DNA of 53,451 nt, taken from Octopus bimaculoides (taxonomy: Eukaryota). The notes beneath the pieces were generated by a model. The model did no database searches. It was not told where the DNA came from and worked only from the letters and a program-made list of their open reading frames with translations. Position 1 is the first letter of the stretch; each line of letters starts with the position of its first letter. A program made the translations under genes and the position numbers. Shown in pieces: positions 35,391 through 48,836 of the stretch. Where the stretch lies: the NCBI RefSeq assembly GCF_001194135.2, contig NC_068994.1, forward strand, positions 40,393,511-40,446,961, read 5' to 3'.

Positions 35391-35744
35391 ATACTTATAA
35401 ATATCACAGTAACAAAAGTGACTTAAATTTAGGAAAAATAAATCTTTCCAATATTTTGGTCTTAATATACTCTAACTTTGATCTGAAAAGATGAAAAGTG
35501 AAGTAAACTGCAGACATCAACAAAACTACAGTAATATATATAGAGATTACTTGCTAAAGAAATGTGGGCTGCAATGTTTAAACTATGCAGTATAGTGTGA
35601 GCAGCGGAGATGCTCATAGCAAATTTTTTTAGCTGTTGTTGCAGCCTACCATTTTTTTTCTACATTGTGAGACTTGTTTTGTCATAACCATTTTAAAGAT
35701 GTTTATTGTTTAATTCTTATTTTAAATTGTCCATTTAACAATTA

Positions 35745-35995
35745 GGGTAAAGAGTAAAGACCCCCTTCAGTTATGAATGACTGGAATTGCACCTGAAGAG
35801 TTACCCCCTGAGGCACAAGTCTGGGCAAGGTTATTTTATGGAAGACCAAGAGTCACCCATTCATAGCAGCCTCCTCCTCTCGACGCCACTGATATTAACC
35901 AAAGGAAAGGCAAAGGCTGATACAGCTTGGCACCAGTGATGTCACCATTAATTTCTACAGCTGAGTGAACTGGAGCAACAGAAAAATAAAGTTTG
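35745..35995 (-). mobile_element. SINE family C body and 3' part
   Basis: tttctacagctgagtgaactggagcaac..aaataaagt is the reverse complement of the core at 10655-10690. Confidence 0.6.
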
Positions 35996-36019
35996 ACAGT
36001 TAACAGATTGTTATAATGG

Positions 36020-36192
36020 AAACATCGGTTTCAAATTTTGGCACAAGGCCAGCAATTTCAGGGTAGGGGTTAAGTTGATCACATTGACCCCAGTGCTCAA
36101 CTAGTTCTAATTTTATCAATGCCATGTAAGACAAAATCAGCCTTTATGGGATTTGAACTTAGAAAGTAAGGACAGATGATTTGCTGCTAAAA
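36020..36192 (-). mobile_element. SINE family A, diverged
   Basis: ggcacaaggccagcaatttc...cattgaccccagtgctcaactag...gatttgaacttagaa. Confidence 0.7.
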
Positions 36193-36307
36193 TAGAAATA
36201 AAAGAATATTTATTTTCTTCCATATTCTGTATTGTTAATTGACCTTCATTACCTTCTCTTTTATATTTAAAATAACTTTCTTCAAATAAAAAAACAATAC
36301 TTTGATA

Positions 36308-36668
36308 GGTGTGGGCATGGCTGTGTGGTAAGAAGTTTGCTTCCCGAAAACAAGGTTTTAGGTTCAGTCCCATTGTATGTATGTATGTTTGTATGCATGC
36401 ATGCATGCGTGCATGTAATGTGTGTGTGTACATGTGTGCATGTGTGTGTGTGTGTGTCTGTGTTTGTCTCCCACTGCTGCTTGACAACTGGTGTTAGTGT
36501 GTTTACACCCCTGTAACTTAGTGGTTTGGCAAAAGAAACAGACAGAATAAGTACAGAGCTTTAAAATAACAAGTACTGTGGTTAATACATTTGACTAAAA
36601 ATTCTTCAAGGTAGTACCCCAGTATAGCCATGGTCTAATGACTGAAACAAGTAAGAAAGATGAAAGAT
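36308..36668 (+). mobile_element. SINE family B
   Basis: ggcatggctgtgtggtaagaagtttgc...ggttcagtcccattg, (TG)n, cttgacaactggtgttagtgtgtttac...gtctaatgactgaaacaagtaag. Confidence 0.85.
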
Positions 36669-37200
36669 ATGTGCCTACAAGTATCAGCAATCATGGACCA
36701 CCATGCCATAGTCTAAAGATACATGATTTTTCTCAGGAAAGATGCAGCAGTGATTTCTCATTGCTTTTTACCAATTTTATTTACTGTTTATTCTGCTAGT
36801 CTCCAACTCCTAAGCTTATCCTTGATGCACGGGACTTATTTAACTTTAAGCAGAGGGACTGGATCATATGGCATCAGGGCATATCCACACACTGGTGGAC
36901 TTATGTGAATCATATCTGAGTCACAGGACCATCTACAATTTCAACTGTAAATGGAGATTTTGATGAGTAATTCCACCTTGGCACAAAGCAGGCCTTGCAT
37001 TGGAAATGCCTAAGTAGTAACTCTATATTCCTCAAATCTCCTGAACTTCTGAGCTATATACTCAGTATGCCTATGGTTTAATGTTTTACCCAGAGCAATA
37101 GAATATTATGAATAATTAATATATGCTTCTAAGACTACTAGTTTGTTTGTTTCTATAGAAATAGTAGGTATATGTGATACAATAATGGTATATTTTCTAC

Positions 37201-37360
37201 CTGGCAGCAATTTGCAGTGTCCTTCATCTGCTTTATTCCAACCAGTTCCACTTTCTGTATAAGATATTGAAGTCATCTCACTGTAGCGGTATGGAGGATT
37301 TACTGAAGTTTCTTTATCAGTTCTTCCAAAAGATTTTCTGGTTGCTTGCTGAGGACTTGT
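37201..37360 (-). CDS. Penultimate coding exon (160 bp, phase 0 to 1) of the same unidentified gene
   Basis: Acceptor tttcatttttcaatgttgacag|, donor CCAG|gtagaa, open frame TSPQQATRKSFGRTDKETSVNPPYRYSEMTSISYTESGTGWNKADEGHCKLLP(G); phase matches the exon at 33253. Confidence 0.78.
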
Positions 37361-40300
37361 CTGTCAACATTGAAAAATGAAAGAGAAAAGTGGATTTATT
37401 CAAAAATATACTGTTTCATTGGTTGATCATTAAAAAAATTTTCACAAAGACTTTCGAGCTGTTGCCAATATAATATACTGAAAATATCATTTTTGGCAGG
37501 AGATTTACAAAAAGAAGAGGGAAAACAAGAAAGGAAATATCTTTTTCTCTGCCAAATTGTATACAAAACCATCATTTTGTTTATGCCAAAACTGAAAACA
37601 TTGTAAATTTCTTAAATACTAATATTATGTTGTTACTGTTAGTTTTAGAGATGTCACCACAGTTTACTGGTCAATAAATGAAGTCTATGAAGGAAGAACA
37701 AAGTTCAAATGATAGGTAGTATTTCATTTTGTTTGACAAATTCTATGAAAACAGAAATAGCAATAATTATTAAAACTAGTAATAGCATAAACAGCATCAT
37801 CTCATTTAATGGTATCAAAATGAAGAATTAAATAAATTAAAATTTTCAACAACATACAAGAAAATTTATTATGCTAATTCTACTGAGATTTTTCCTGATT
37901 TGTCTGTATACTGAAAATAAAATCATACCACAATGAAGAATAGTAAAAACCAACAAAAAACAAAAACACATAATATATGTATAAAACTAATCAAATATTT
38001 TATGAAAGAAGAAAATATAAGTATTTTGTTGAAGAAAAAATACATAACATATTTTAACAATGAGTAGAAATAAACAGGATTTGAGAAATAGTATTAGGCA
38101 GAGAAGATATTGTATTAAAGGTTCTAGACTATTTAAAGGACAAGCAGAAAATGGAAACTATTGTGAGAACAATGATATCTGAAGTAAGAAAAGAATAATT
38201 TCAAGGAGGAACCAGCCCACTACAATATATTGAAATGAAATGAAACAAATTGCTTATGAAGAACAATAGATAGTTTTCCATTTTTTCTTTTTTTTTAAGT
38301 AACAACAAAGCAGGTAAGCCAGCCATAGAGTTACAACCACCACGATACTTCCTGCAAGCATCACAACCTTCATTTTTCCTCCTGGCGTTTGTCATGAAAT
38401 GAAGCATAGTGGCACAGTAAGCAATAGATTCTGTATAATGATACATTATTTTCATTTCAGTTCAGTTTCTCAGTTTATTGTGTGAAAACATGCTTTTTAT
38501 TATATTTTACTTTATTTTATTCAAAACCTTGTGTTATATAGTGTTCAATACAAATGAAAATTTCCTTCATGCAAACAATTGAATTCATACATTAGTCTTC
38601 ATATTGAACATTACTATGATTATAATTGCTAACTTTCGTGCTTTTATCTTTTGTCTTGAATTTTTTAAATCATGTTTTCTCTTTTAAAAAATATTTATTA
38701 TTTCTATAAAGAAGGTTGGCTTTGACTTTCATCCATCTGTGGTCAATAAAGTAAGTATGCTACTGACTTACCCAACAACAACTAAGTCCCTCCCTTCTCT
38801 AAATGGTTTTGTGCCAAAACAAAAGAAATCACTATAACTATTAAGTTGCTAATAGGTAACATGACAACCATTGTAACCTTTATATATGTTATATGTTCAG
38901 AATAAATGGGTGAGCAGAAGAAAAGCTTTTTATAGAATTCTAGTGAGAACTAGTGACAAGGGTATTGTATGTAACTTTTGTAGAGTATTTTAAAGCCCAT
39001 TACACAAATATTAAGTTGGGAATTGTAGCTAGCATAGATGTTTTCATAATGGCATAAAGAATGTGAATGAAATCCTGGTGCTCTAAAATGTGCGTAAATT
39101 AAATACCTACCAAATAGTCTGCCAACTGTAATGCTATTTCTAAGAACCAGATTAAATCATTTTAACCAGGAAGAGGGAAGATAATTGGTTATGAACACAA
39201 AGTCTATAGCTGCATCTCCCTTCTCTTAGTAGGTACAGATCAACCTTAAAAAACATTGATGAGAAGAAATTGTGGTTGTAAGCCATACACAGCTTCGATA
39301 AAGAAAAGTTTCTATCAGAGTTAAATAGCAAGTGAAAAAAAAAAAAGAAGAAAAGCTACAAATTGCACCTAGGGGTGCTGTTTATTTACCCCAAGTCAGC
39401 TTCACAGAGCAGACCTATCCACAACACATTGTTTAGTTTTCCAAGTTAGTGTGTACACACATACACATGTGCGCGTGCATGCATGCATACACACCCTGAC
39501 ACACACTTGCACACAGACACATTCACACACATGTAGACACACATACAGACATGCACACACACATACACACACACACTGTTGTACAACAGAAAGAAAGTAG
39601 GACTCAGCTCATGTTGCGGAAGTTAGAAGTATGTAATAACAGATTGGCTCAGCATTATCTTGTTTGAAGTTTCATTGATGCAAATAATAATACCTAGTTC
39701 ATTAGTTGTATGTGTATCCATCCATCCATCCATCCATCCATAAATACATACATATGTATATACTCACACATGATATTGTCCAAAGTGTTCTTCTTTCAGT
39801 CACATGGTATGATGTGATTCAAAAGAGGTTTCTTTGCTATTTCTTAATAATTGAGTAACCACATAGACACTCCTTTATCAGTTTGCCTTAACTCTAGGTG
39901 TGGCTGTTTAATCTCAGGTCAGCTTTGTTGAAGTAGATTTTTTGATCAACAAATTTTATACATGACCATCACATTTTTACTAGAAATATGTAAAATGATC
40001 AAATATCTATTTTTTTTAAAAACAGTAGAAAGAGATTTGAAGCAGATTTGGTGCTACATCTAGCAGGCCATGTAACTGTACAGTGGGATTTTCATTGGTT
40101 CTTAATGTATCTAGTATATAGGACAGGTATTGAAGAAAAAAATATCTTATTTTAGCTTCTAACAATGTCTGATAATGGAGCCAGTAGGAGCCTGGATAAT
40201 CAACAGACAACTCAATACTGAAGAATGGTGGAATAGATAAAAAATATAAAAATCAATGACAGATCTGGAAGGAAAAGAAAAAAAGAAGCTTAGAAAAATC

Positions 40301-40385
40301 ATAGCAAAAGCTCCACATCAAATCTTCCTATTAATAGACACACTGAGAAGCACGTTGACAAGGGAGTCTCTATCCAATTGCTTAA

Positions 40386-41455
40386 GAAATAGCAGCTAAA
40401 TTTCCCTCAAATACATTCCACCATATTTTTTTTTTAAATCACTGAGCAATATGGTTTCTTATTTCTTTTTTGCCCACACAAGGGGCTAAACACAGAGGGG
40501 ACAAACAAGGACAGACAAAGGGATTAATCGATTAGATCGACCCCAGTGCTTAACTGGTACTTAATTTATTGACCCCCCGAAAGGGTGAAAGGCAAAGTCG
40601 ACCTCAGCGGAATTTGAACTCAGAACATAAAGGCAGATGAAATACCGCTAAGCATTTCGCCCGGCGTGCTAACGATTCTACCAGCTCGCCTGAGCAATAT
40701 GGCTTCTGATATGCAAAATGATAGGATGGTAATGCTGGAGAGACTTTGATTACAACTTAGCTTGGTCAGTGTAGAGTGGGGCTGAACTATGGTGACAACA
40801 TAGAAATAGCAACCAAATCTCCCTCAAATATATGCCACCATCTTAAAAAGTAAAATATATTTAGCAATATGGTTTCTGATGTATAAAAAATTGGGATTGC
40901 CTTTGATTGTAAGTTGGCTCAATTAAAGTAGAACTGGGCTGGACAATGACAACTACATAGAAACAGCAGCAGTATCTTCATCAAATTTTACTGACCATTT
41001 TTAAAAAGCGATGTACATTGAATGATGTAGTTCCTAATTCACAAATAGCCAGGTTGGTCATGATGGAAGGCTTTTGAGCAAACTCAACCTGAAGTTAAAT
41101 AACACTCATAGCAACATAGAAATAGCAATGAAATTTCCCTCAGATCTTCTTACCATTAAAAACATAAAAGTTTATGTTAAATTATATGACTCTTGGTTTA
41201 CAAATAGATAGAATTGTCTTGATGGAATACCTTTGGTCATATTCCACAAGGACAGATTTGGGGTTAAACAACAATAGCAGCCACATAGAAATAGCAGCCA
41301 AATCTCCTTTAGAAGACACACAGTCTGTCTTTGAAAAGAAAGATGTACTGGATAATGTAGTCTCTCTGATGTGTCAAAGGATGGGATGGGCATGGCTGAA
41401 ATGTTTTTGATCATAAGTTTGTTTAATCAGAGCTGACCTGGGCTAAACAAATGCC
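40386..41455 (+). repeat. Degenerate tandem array of ~160-bp units
   Basis: gaaa(t/c)agca.c.aaat.tccctcaaat recurs at 40386, 40803, 40960, 41119 and 41288; units end in variants of tggggctaaacaaca. Confidence 0.75.
40460..40689 (-). mobile_element. Young SINE family A copy with 18-bp TSD
   Basis: Flanked by ctgagcaatatggtttct (40442-59) and ctgagcaatatggcttct (40690-707); CpG-rich body. Confidence 0.92.
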
Positions 41456-41826
41456 AATCCTCTACAAAGATAAGGTGGGATTGATAATGGAGTACTGCTT
41501 TCACATACAGATGCTAGACTTACAGATGTCCAGACTGCATCCATAGAAATGTCGCCTGAGCATTAGACATGAAGTCACACACCTAAGGTAGTGAAAGGCC
41601 CACAGACAAGTTGTCTCCTCTTATTGCCTTTCCTTCCATGACACTAGTGATCTCTGCCCTGGATATGAGACATTTTGGCACAGCCATTTTGGTGCCACTT
41701 ATTTGGCACTGATGGCTTAATGTTGACTTATTTGATGCCTGATGTTTTCATATTTCACTTGTCTTTTCTTCTCTTTCTCTCTCTCTGTTTAAGTGTGTGA
41801 GTATCTAGGTATGTTTGTATGTATGG

Positions 41827-41910
<84 letters not shown>

Positions 41911-42039
41911 ATATATATATCTTTCCCTTTGTGTATTTGAGCATCTAGTGATGTTTGTATGAATGTGAAATCTCTCTCTCCTTTTCTCTTCTCTTCTCTT
42001 TTTTCTTATATTGTGTTGATCCTGTTTCCACAGTATCTA

Positions 42040-42480
<441 letters not shown>

Positions 42481-42877
42481 ATTTACATCAATAAGAAAAT
42501 ATCAGTGAAAGTAATGTGTATAGCCTCTTTCACTAGACCAAACCAAATTGGCTCCTGACAAAGCAGGTTTGTGAGTTAAGATATTCTATGAAAATCCTAT
42601 CTTATTTTTTCTTGGGACAGTATTTTTGGGACTACCTTATCCAATGTGTTCTTCCTTTGTTTCAAGATTTAAACTATGATATGAGAGAAATTAATCCGCT
42701 ATAGCTAACAGATTGTTTTCTAAGTTGGTGTGTGTTTGATATGTCAATGGTAAATCATCATTCATCTTAATCAGAATGTCTTTGAAGAGAAATCTTTCCC
42801 AAATGGTATGAGATCATTTGGTCTAAGTAACGCTGAAAAAGGCATTAATGTATTATAACTACATCTTGCCTAACATG

Positions 42878-42910
<33 letters not shown>

Positions 42911-43786
42911 NNNNNNNNNNNNNNNNNNNNNNNNNNNNNNNNNNNNNNNNNNNNNNNNNNNNNNNNNNNNNNNNNNNNNNNNNNNNNNNNNNNNNNNNNN
43001 NNNNNNNNNNNNNNNNNNNNNNNNNNNNNNNNNNNNNNNNNNNNNNNNNNNNNNNNNNNNNNNNNNNNNNNNNNNNNNNNNNNNNNNNNNNNNNNNNNNN
43101 NNNNNNNNNNNNNNNNNNNNNNNNNNNNNNNNNNNNNNNNNNNNNNNNNNNNNNNNNNNNNNNNNNNNNNNNNNNNNNNNNNNNNNNNNNNNNNNNNNNN
43201 NNNNNNNNNNNNNNNNNNNNNNNNNNNNNNNNNNNNNNNNNNNNNNNNNNNNNNNNNNNNNNNNNNNNNNNNNNNNNNNNNNNNNNNNNNNNNNNNNNNN
43301 NNNNNNNNNNNNNNNNNNNNNNNNNNNNNNNNNNNNNNNNNNNNNNNNNNNNNNNNNNNNNNNNNNNNNNNNNNNNNNNNNNNNNNNNNNNNNNNNNNNN
43401 NNNNNNNNNNNNNNNNNNNNNNNNNNNNNNNNNNNNNNNNNNNNNNNNNNNNNNNNNNNNNNNNNNNNNNNNNNNNNNNNNNNNNNNNNNNNNNNNNNNN
43501 NNNNNNNNNNNNNNNNNNNNNNNNNNNNNNNNNNNNNNNNNNNNNNNNNNNNNNNNNNNNNNNNNNNNNNNNNNNNNNNNNNNNNNNNNNNNNNNNNNNN
43601 NNNNNNNNNNNNNNNNNNNNNNNNNNNNNNNNNNNNNNNNNNNNNNNNNNNNNNNNNNNNNNNNNNNNNNNNNNNNNNNNNNNNNNNNNNNNNNNNNNNN
43701 NNNNNNNNNNNNNNNNNNNNNNNNNNNNNNNNNNNNNNNNNNNNNNNNNNNNNNNNNNNNNNNNNNNNNNNNNNNNNNNNNNNNNN
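42911..43786. other. Assembly gap (876 N)
   Basis: N run flanked by (TA)n on both sides. Confidence 1.
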
Positions 43787-43841
<55 letters not shown>

Positions 43842-46723
43842 CACATATACACATACATATACATAGACAAAGAGAAAGAGAATGAGGGAGAGAGAGAGAT
43901 ACATTGAGTAGATCCACTGAAAGGGATGGATTAGCTATAAGCATCTGTAAAATGGACAGTTTTGAAGAAACTGGAAATTAATAAGTTGAATATATTCCAT
44001 GGGATGTACAATGTTAAATTCTAAGGAACGGAAAATTTGATGAACAAGCAGTTGGAAATGAAAGCTATTCGTAGCAAAAAAGAAATGGATATTTAATATC
44101 GATGAATGATATATACTGGGTCAAGAGAAGGTCCCATGAGCTTGTAGTATAAAGTAGATTTTGGACTAAGTAGCTTCATCAAATTTGGAAGCAACACAAG
44201 CTTATGAAAGGAGATGATAGAGTATCACGATGCATGGACAATGCAAATCCATGCAACCTATGCCAGAATGGAAAAATTGATTTTAAATTTATTGTCGAGG
44301 TCGTCATCATCGTCATCCCTGTCATTGTCACTACTGCCTCTGTCACCACTGTCATCCTCATTATCATCATCATTGTCATCGTTGTCATTCTTATCACCTT
44401 TCCTCTTGTCATTATTATCATTAGCTATATACCTCATGTTATTCAAAAGCCTTATGCCTATTTAGGAAAATAAGGCAACCTCATCACTGTTATTAGTAAT
44501 TTCAAACTCTCTTGTGATAAGGGACAGTTTAATAAAAGAACCATAAAATGGTAGAATTTTAAAATTTCCTTATCCTTTTATGTCATAATGAACCAGTTAA
44601 AATATTCTATAGGAAAACATTACAATTTTTGAAAGTCGTAATATGAAGCCAAAATAATTAAATACCGGAAGAAGAAAAAGAAAAGAAACCAGTAAGAGCA
44701 GCTATTTAGTTTATCTTCTGGAAGGAGGTTAATGATGTTGTATCTGTCTAGAAACTACCAGCTTGTAAATTTAACTGACTTAAATTCAATAAGATTTGAC
44801 AATGAACTGAGGTTTATTTCTTTTGAATTGTTTAAATGTTTTCTGTGATTAGTATTAAATAAAAAGAAATCTAAGTTTATTATTTTGGGAGTTGTTCTTT
44901 AAAGAGGTATGCATTTTCATATATCATTGTATATCATTATATATTAGTATATATTGCTATATATCAGTTTTAATGCAATCATTTTCTAATATTCTTTTAC
45001 AGATTAATTCTAGCATTATTTAACTTATATTCTTATTGGTTAACCTTAGATTTTTGTAATTATATTTCAATCAGAATGGAAAGTATTGTCCATGAAACAT
45101 TGCAGAGTCTCTGAGATGGGTAAAAGGGAGAGCAAAAGTTATTCTTTAACCAAAGACCTGGCTAAAATAATAGTGAAGAATTGGACTCAGCTAAAGAGAA
45201 TTCAGAGTTCCAGGTGGTGGTGTTAAACTGGGTATGAAGTAAATCTACCACTGTAGTAGGTCATGGTAGGATTTGAATGCATAACACAAAGACCTGAGAG
45301 GTAACCAGTCTGACATTCATACTGCACTACCAGTGCAACCCAACTCAACCCAACCCAACTCAATACTCTGGATTGATACTTTTTTAATCAACCTAGAAAT
45401 GAATTAAGACAGTTGACTTAATGGGATTTGAACTCAGAGCATAGAGAATCAGAAGAGATACTGTGATGCATTCAATCCAATACTCTAATGACTCAGCTAA
45501 TTCATAGATTGAACAGCGAGTATTTCGTTTGTTCATTTAGCGTCCATTTTTCCATGCTAGTGTGTTTATATTTTTAGACAAAATGAAATATGTTAATATA
45601 AAGCATAATGGAAAAAGAGAGAGAAAAAGATAGAGAGAGGGAGTAAGAGAGAGAGAGAGAGAGAGGGGGGAGTGAGAAAATGAGGATGAGGGAAAGACAT
45701 AATAAAAGTATGAAAATTCAATGATGTGTAGTATTATTTTCCTACATCAATTTTCCTTGTTATCACATTTTACATTGAGAAATCATTGGCTGTAAAGATG
45801 CCTCCTCGGTATATCGGCTATTGTGACCTTAGGCCAGTAAAACTAAGAGTGGTTAAAATTTTTAAAAGCTTGCTGACAATTAGGAAGAACATTAAACACT
45901 TTTAGTAGTTTTCTGAGCAACAAGAAATATTTATGGCCCATTACTGAAATTCTAATGGCTACAACCAGGAAATATTTCTAAAAGAGGGTTAATGGCACTA
46001 GAGAAAATGGGTTTGTTACAATTTTTTTTTTTCTTCCTGTGTGTGAACTTTATTATCTCTATTTTTCAAATGCAGCTTAAAATAATATTTTTTTCTAATG
46101 TTTCCTTAAATAAAAGAATATTATTTTATTTCAGTTGCAAAATAATTTTCTTAAGGATTATATTCTAGCCTTAAAAAAAAAAAATTAAAGAAAAGAGAAC
46201 GATATTCTACAGAATAAGTATTGCCCTTCAAAATCTTTTAAAATCAAGATTATTATTTTTCTAATATTTGCAACAAACTCCAAAATAAGATCAAATTTTT
46301 TTTCTGTTCTTTCTTTTATTTTTAACAGATAAACTTAAGATATTTCTCTGATATCAATATTTACTGTAATATTTAATAACTTCCAATTCTGCACGGCTGC
46401 AAACCAACTGTTTACTACACTGATGTACCATATTAAACCTTGCCATTATTAACATTACTCTTCCTGTGATGTTGTTTTTCTCCCTGTTTCATACAGCACT
46501 CGTTTTCTGTAGCACTAGCGACACTTCTGTTTATTCAGTTAGTGTGACAATATTTAGTGAATGGATACCTTCTAAGGTATACCATGCTAATATTAGATAT
46601 ATCTCATGTTAAATATATTACACAGCCAGCACTATATACAAGCATATATATGTACATGCACACATATATAGACACAGATAGACATATAGATAGATAGATA
46701 GACAGATAGATAGATAGATAGCC

Positions 46724-46766
<43 letters not shown>

Positions 46767-46905
46767 TACACACAAATATATATAAAATATATATATATAA
46801 AATATATAATATTTATATGTATATATATAATATACATTATAACTATACATTTATATAAATGTATGCATATATATATATAATAATATTTATGTGTGAATAT
46901 ATAAT

Positions 46906-46936
<31 letters not shown>

Positions 46937-47854
46937 CTTTAACACTTGCAAACACGCATACACAAACAGGTAAAAATCTTCCAATTTTAGTATCAAAACT
47001 AGATTTGAACTTATTTTATTGATTCCTGACAAGAAACCTGTCTTTATTGCATATAGCTATTGCCCTGAAGGTCCAGAGATCTCACAAATCACTAAAAGTT
47101 AGGAATATTAAATCTAATTGTAACACATACAAATATAGCTTGGTATGAGAAAATTTATCTCTGCTCTGTTCAAGCTTCTTGAGTAATTTACAGTCTCTAT
47201 GGGGATAAAATGTAATGTGTTGACTCCTGAACTGAGACTGCTTACAAGTGGTAACATAAAATAAAATTTCATTCTCTCTGGTGAAGCTGCATATAGAATA
47301 TAATCAAAAATATTTGGCCCAATACATGGTGTTAATGAGAAAAACTTAGAAGAAATTCAAATTAGCGTGATACAAGGAAAGGTTCTAATACATTTACTGA
47401 TGAAAGAATAAGAATAATAAATGAATTTCGGTATTTCTGATCCTGTGTTTTGGATTGTTTAGTCATCTGAATTGACTGACAATAGTCACGTTGAAGTTGT
47501 ATGTAACTAGCTGAGTATTCCACAGATATATCTACACAATGTAACTATCAGGTAGTATCAGCATGACACGTTATGACAAGGCTGTACCTTATACATTCAA
47601 AAGAGCTTTAACCCTATTCAGATTATTCTGTCAAATGTAAATGCTTGCATATTCACATTGTTTTGAGGTTATCATGAACTATCTTGTAGCTTCAATATTT
47701 TGATGATGTCATTGTTTATTTTTAGCATGACATTGTAGGGTATGTGTGAAAGGCCAGATCTAGATATTTTAAAAATAAAGCAGTTAGAATATTAGCTACT
47801 ATTTCTGAACTTCGGTATGTGGTGAAGCAACTGTTGCTGATCCTTTAATTATGT

Positions 47855-47903
<49 letters not shown>

Positions 47904-48019
47904 ATATGAAAGATGGATGAAGGAAGATGTTTATTAATCACAACAATTGATTCAACTTATCTAGCATCGCTCCCTCACAGGTGGGATACTTAACAACTGG
48001 TTTAGGACTATCTGTTGGT

Positions 48020-48265
48020 GTAGATATTTATGTGTGTGTATGTTTATGTTGTGTTTCTTCCCCCACCTCTTGACAACAGATGTTGGTTTGTTTATGTCTT
48101 CATAACTTAGCATTCTGGCAAAAAATACAAGAAAAACAAAATAACAATAGAATAAGTACTGGATTTAAATAAAACACAAGTACTACGTTTGATTTGTTGG
48201 ACTATTTCACTCATTAGACTGTTGCCAACGAGTGAAATAAGTTAAAAATGGAAGATAAAAGATAG
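48020..48265 (+). mobile_element. SINE family B 3' half
   Basis: cttgacaacagatgttggtttgtttatgtc..taacttagc..ggcaaaa...aatagaataagtact. Confidence 0.7.
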
Positions 48266-48443
48266 TAAAACATCAAAGAAGAAATGGTGAAATTTACTGG
48301 TATTATACATCCTAGTATGAGAGGGAAGTTCAAAGAAACCCTCTCTACCGCACAGCTTCATGAAAATTTGATAATTATCTAATGTTTATTTTAATTCCAC
48401 TTATTCATTAGGTGATTAATCATGGATTGACTTTAATATTAGA

Positions 48444-48836
48444 AGAGCAGTAGTAGGTGGCAAACAGTTAGCATGCCAGGCAAAATGCTTAGCAGTGTTT
48501 TGTCTGTCTCTACATTCTGAGTTTGAATTCCACCGAGGTTGACTTTGGCTCTCATCCTCTAGGGGTCGATTAAATAAGTACTAGTTACACACTGGGGTCG
48601 ATGTAATTGGCTTAATCCTTTCTCCTAAATCTTAGGTTTGTGCTTCAAGTAGAAAGAATATTAAAGGAGCGGTGAACTGGCAGAATTGTTAGCATGCCAG
48701 GCAAAATGCTTAGCAGCATTTAGTTACTCTTTACTTTCTGTTCGTAAATTCCAGAGAGGTCAGCTGAACACTGGGGTCGATGTAATCAACATACCCCACC
48801 CCACTGAAATTGCTAGCCTTGTACCAAAATTTGAGA
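48444..48836 (+). mobile_element. Two head-to-tail SINE family A copies; the second lacks the central core
   Basis: First copy 48444-48663 is complete. Second copy 48664-48836 jumps from gaggtcagc to tgaacactggggtcga. Confidence 0.85.

Noticed and set aside
40386-41455. CRISPR-like repeat-spacer pattern
   Set aside because: The whole ~160-bp unit is homologous between copies, the context is eukaryotic, and there are no cas genes.
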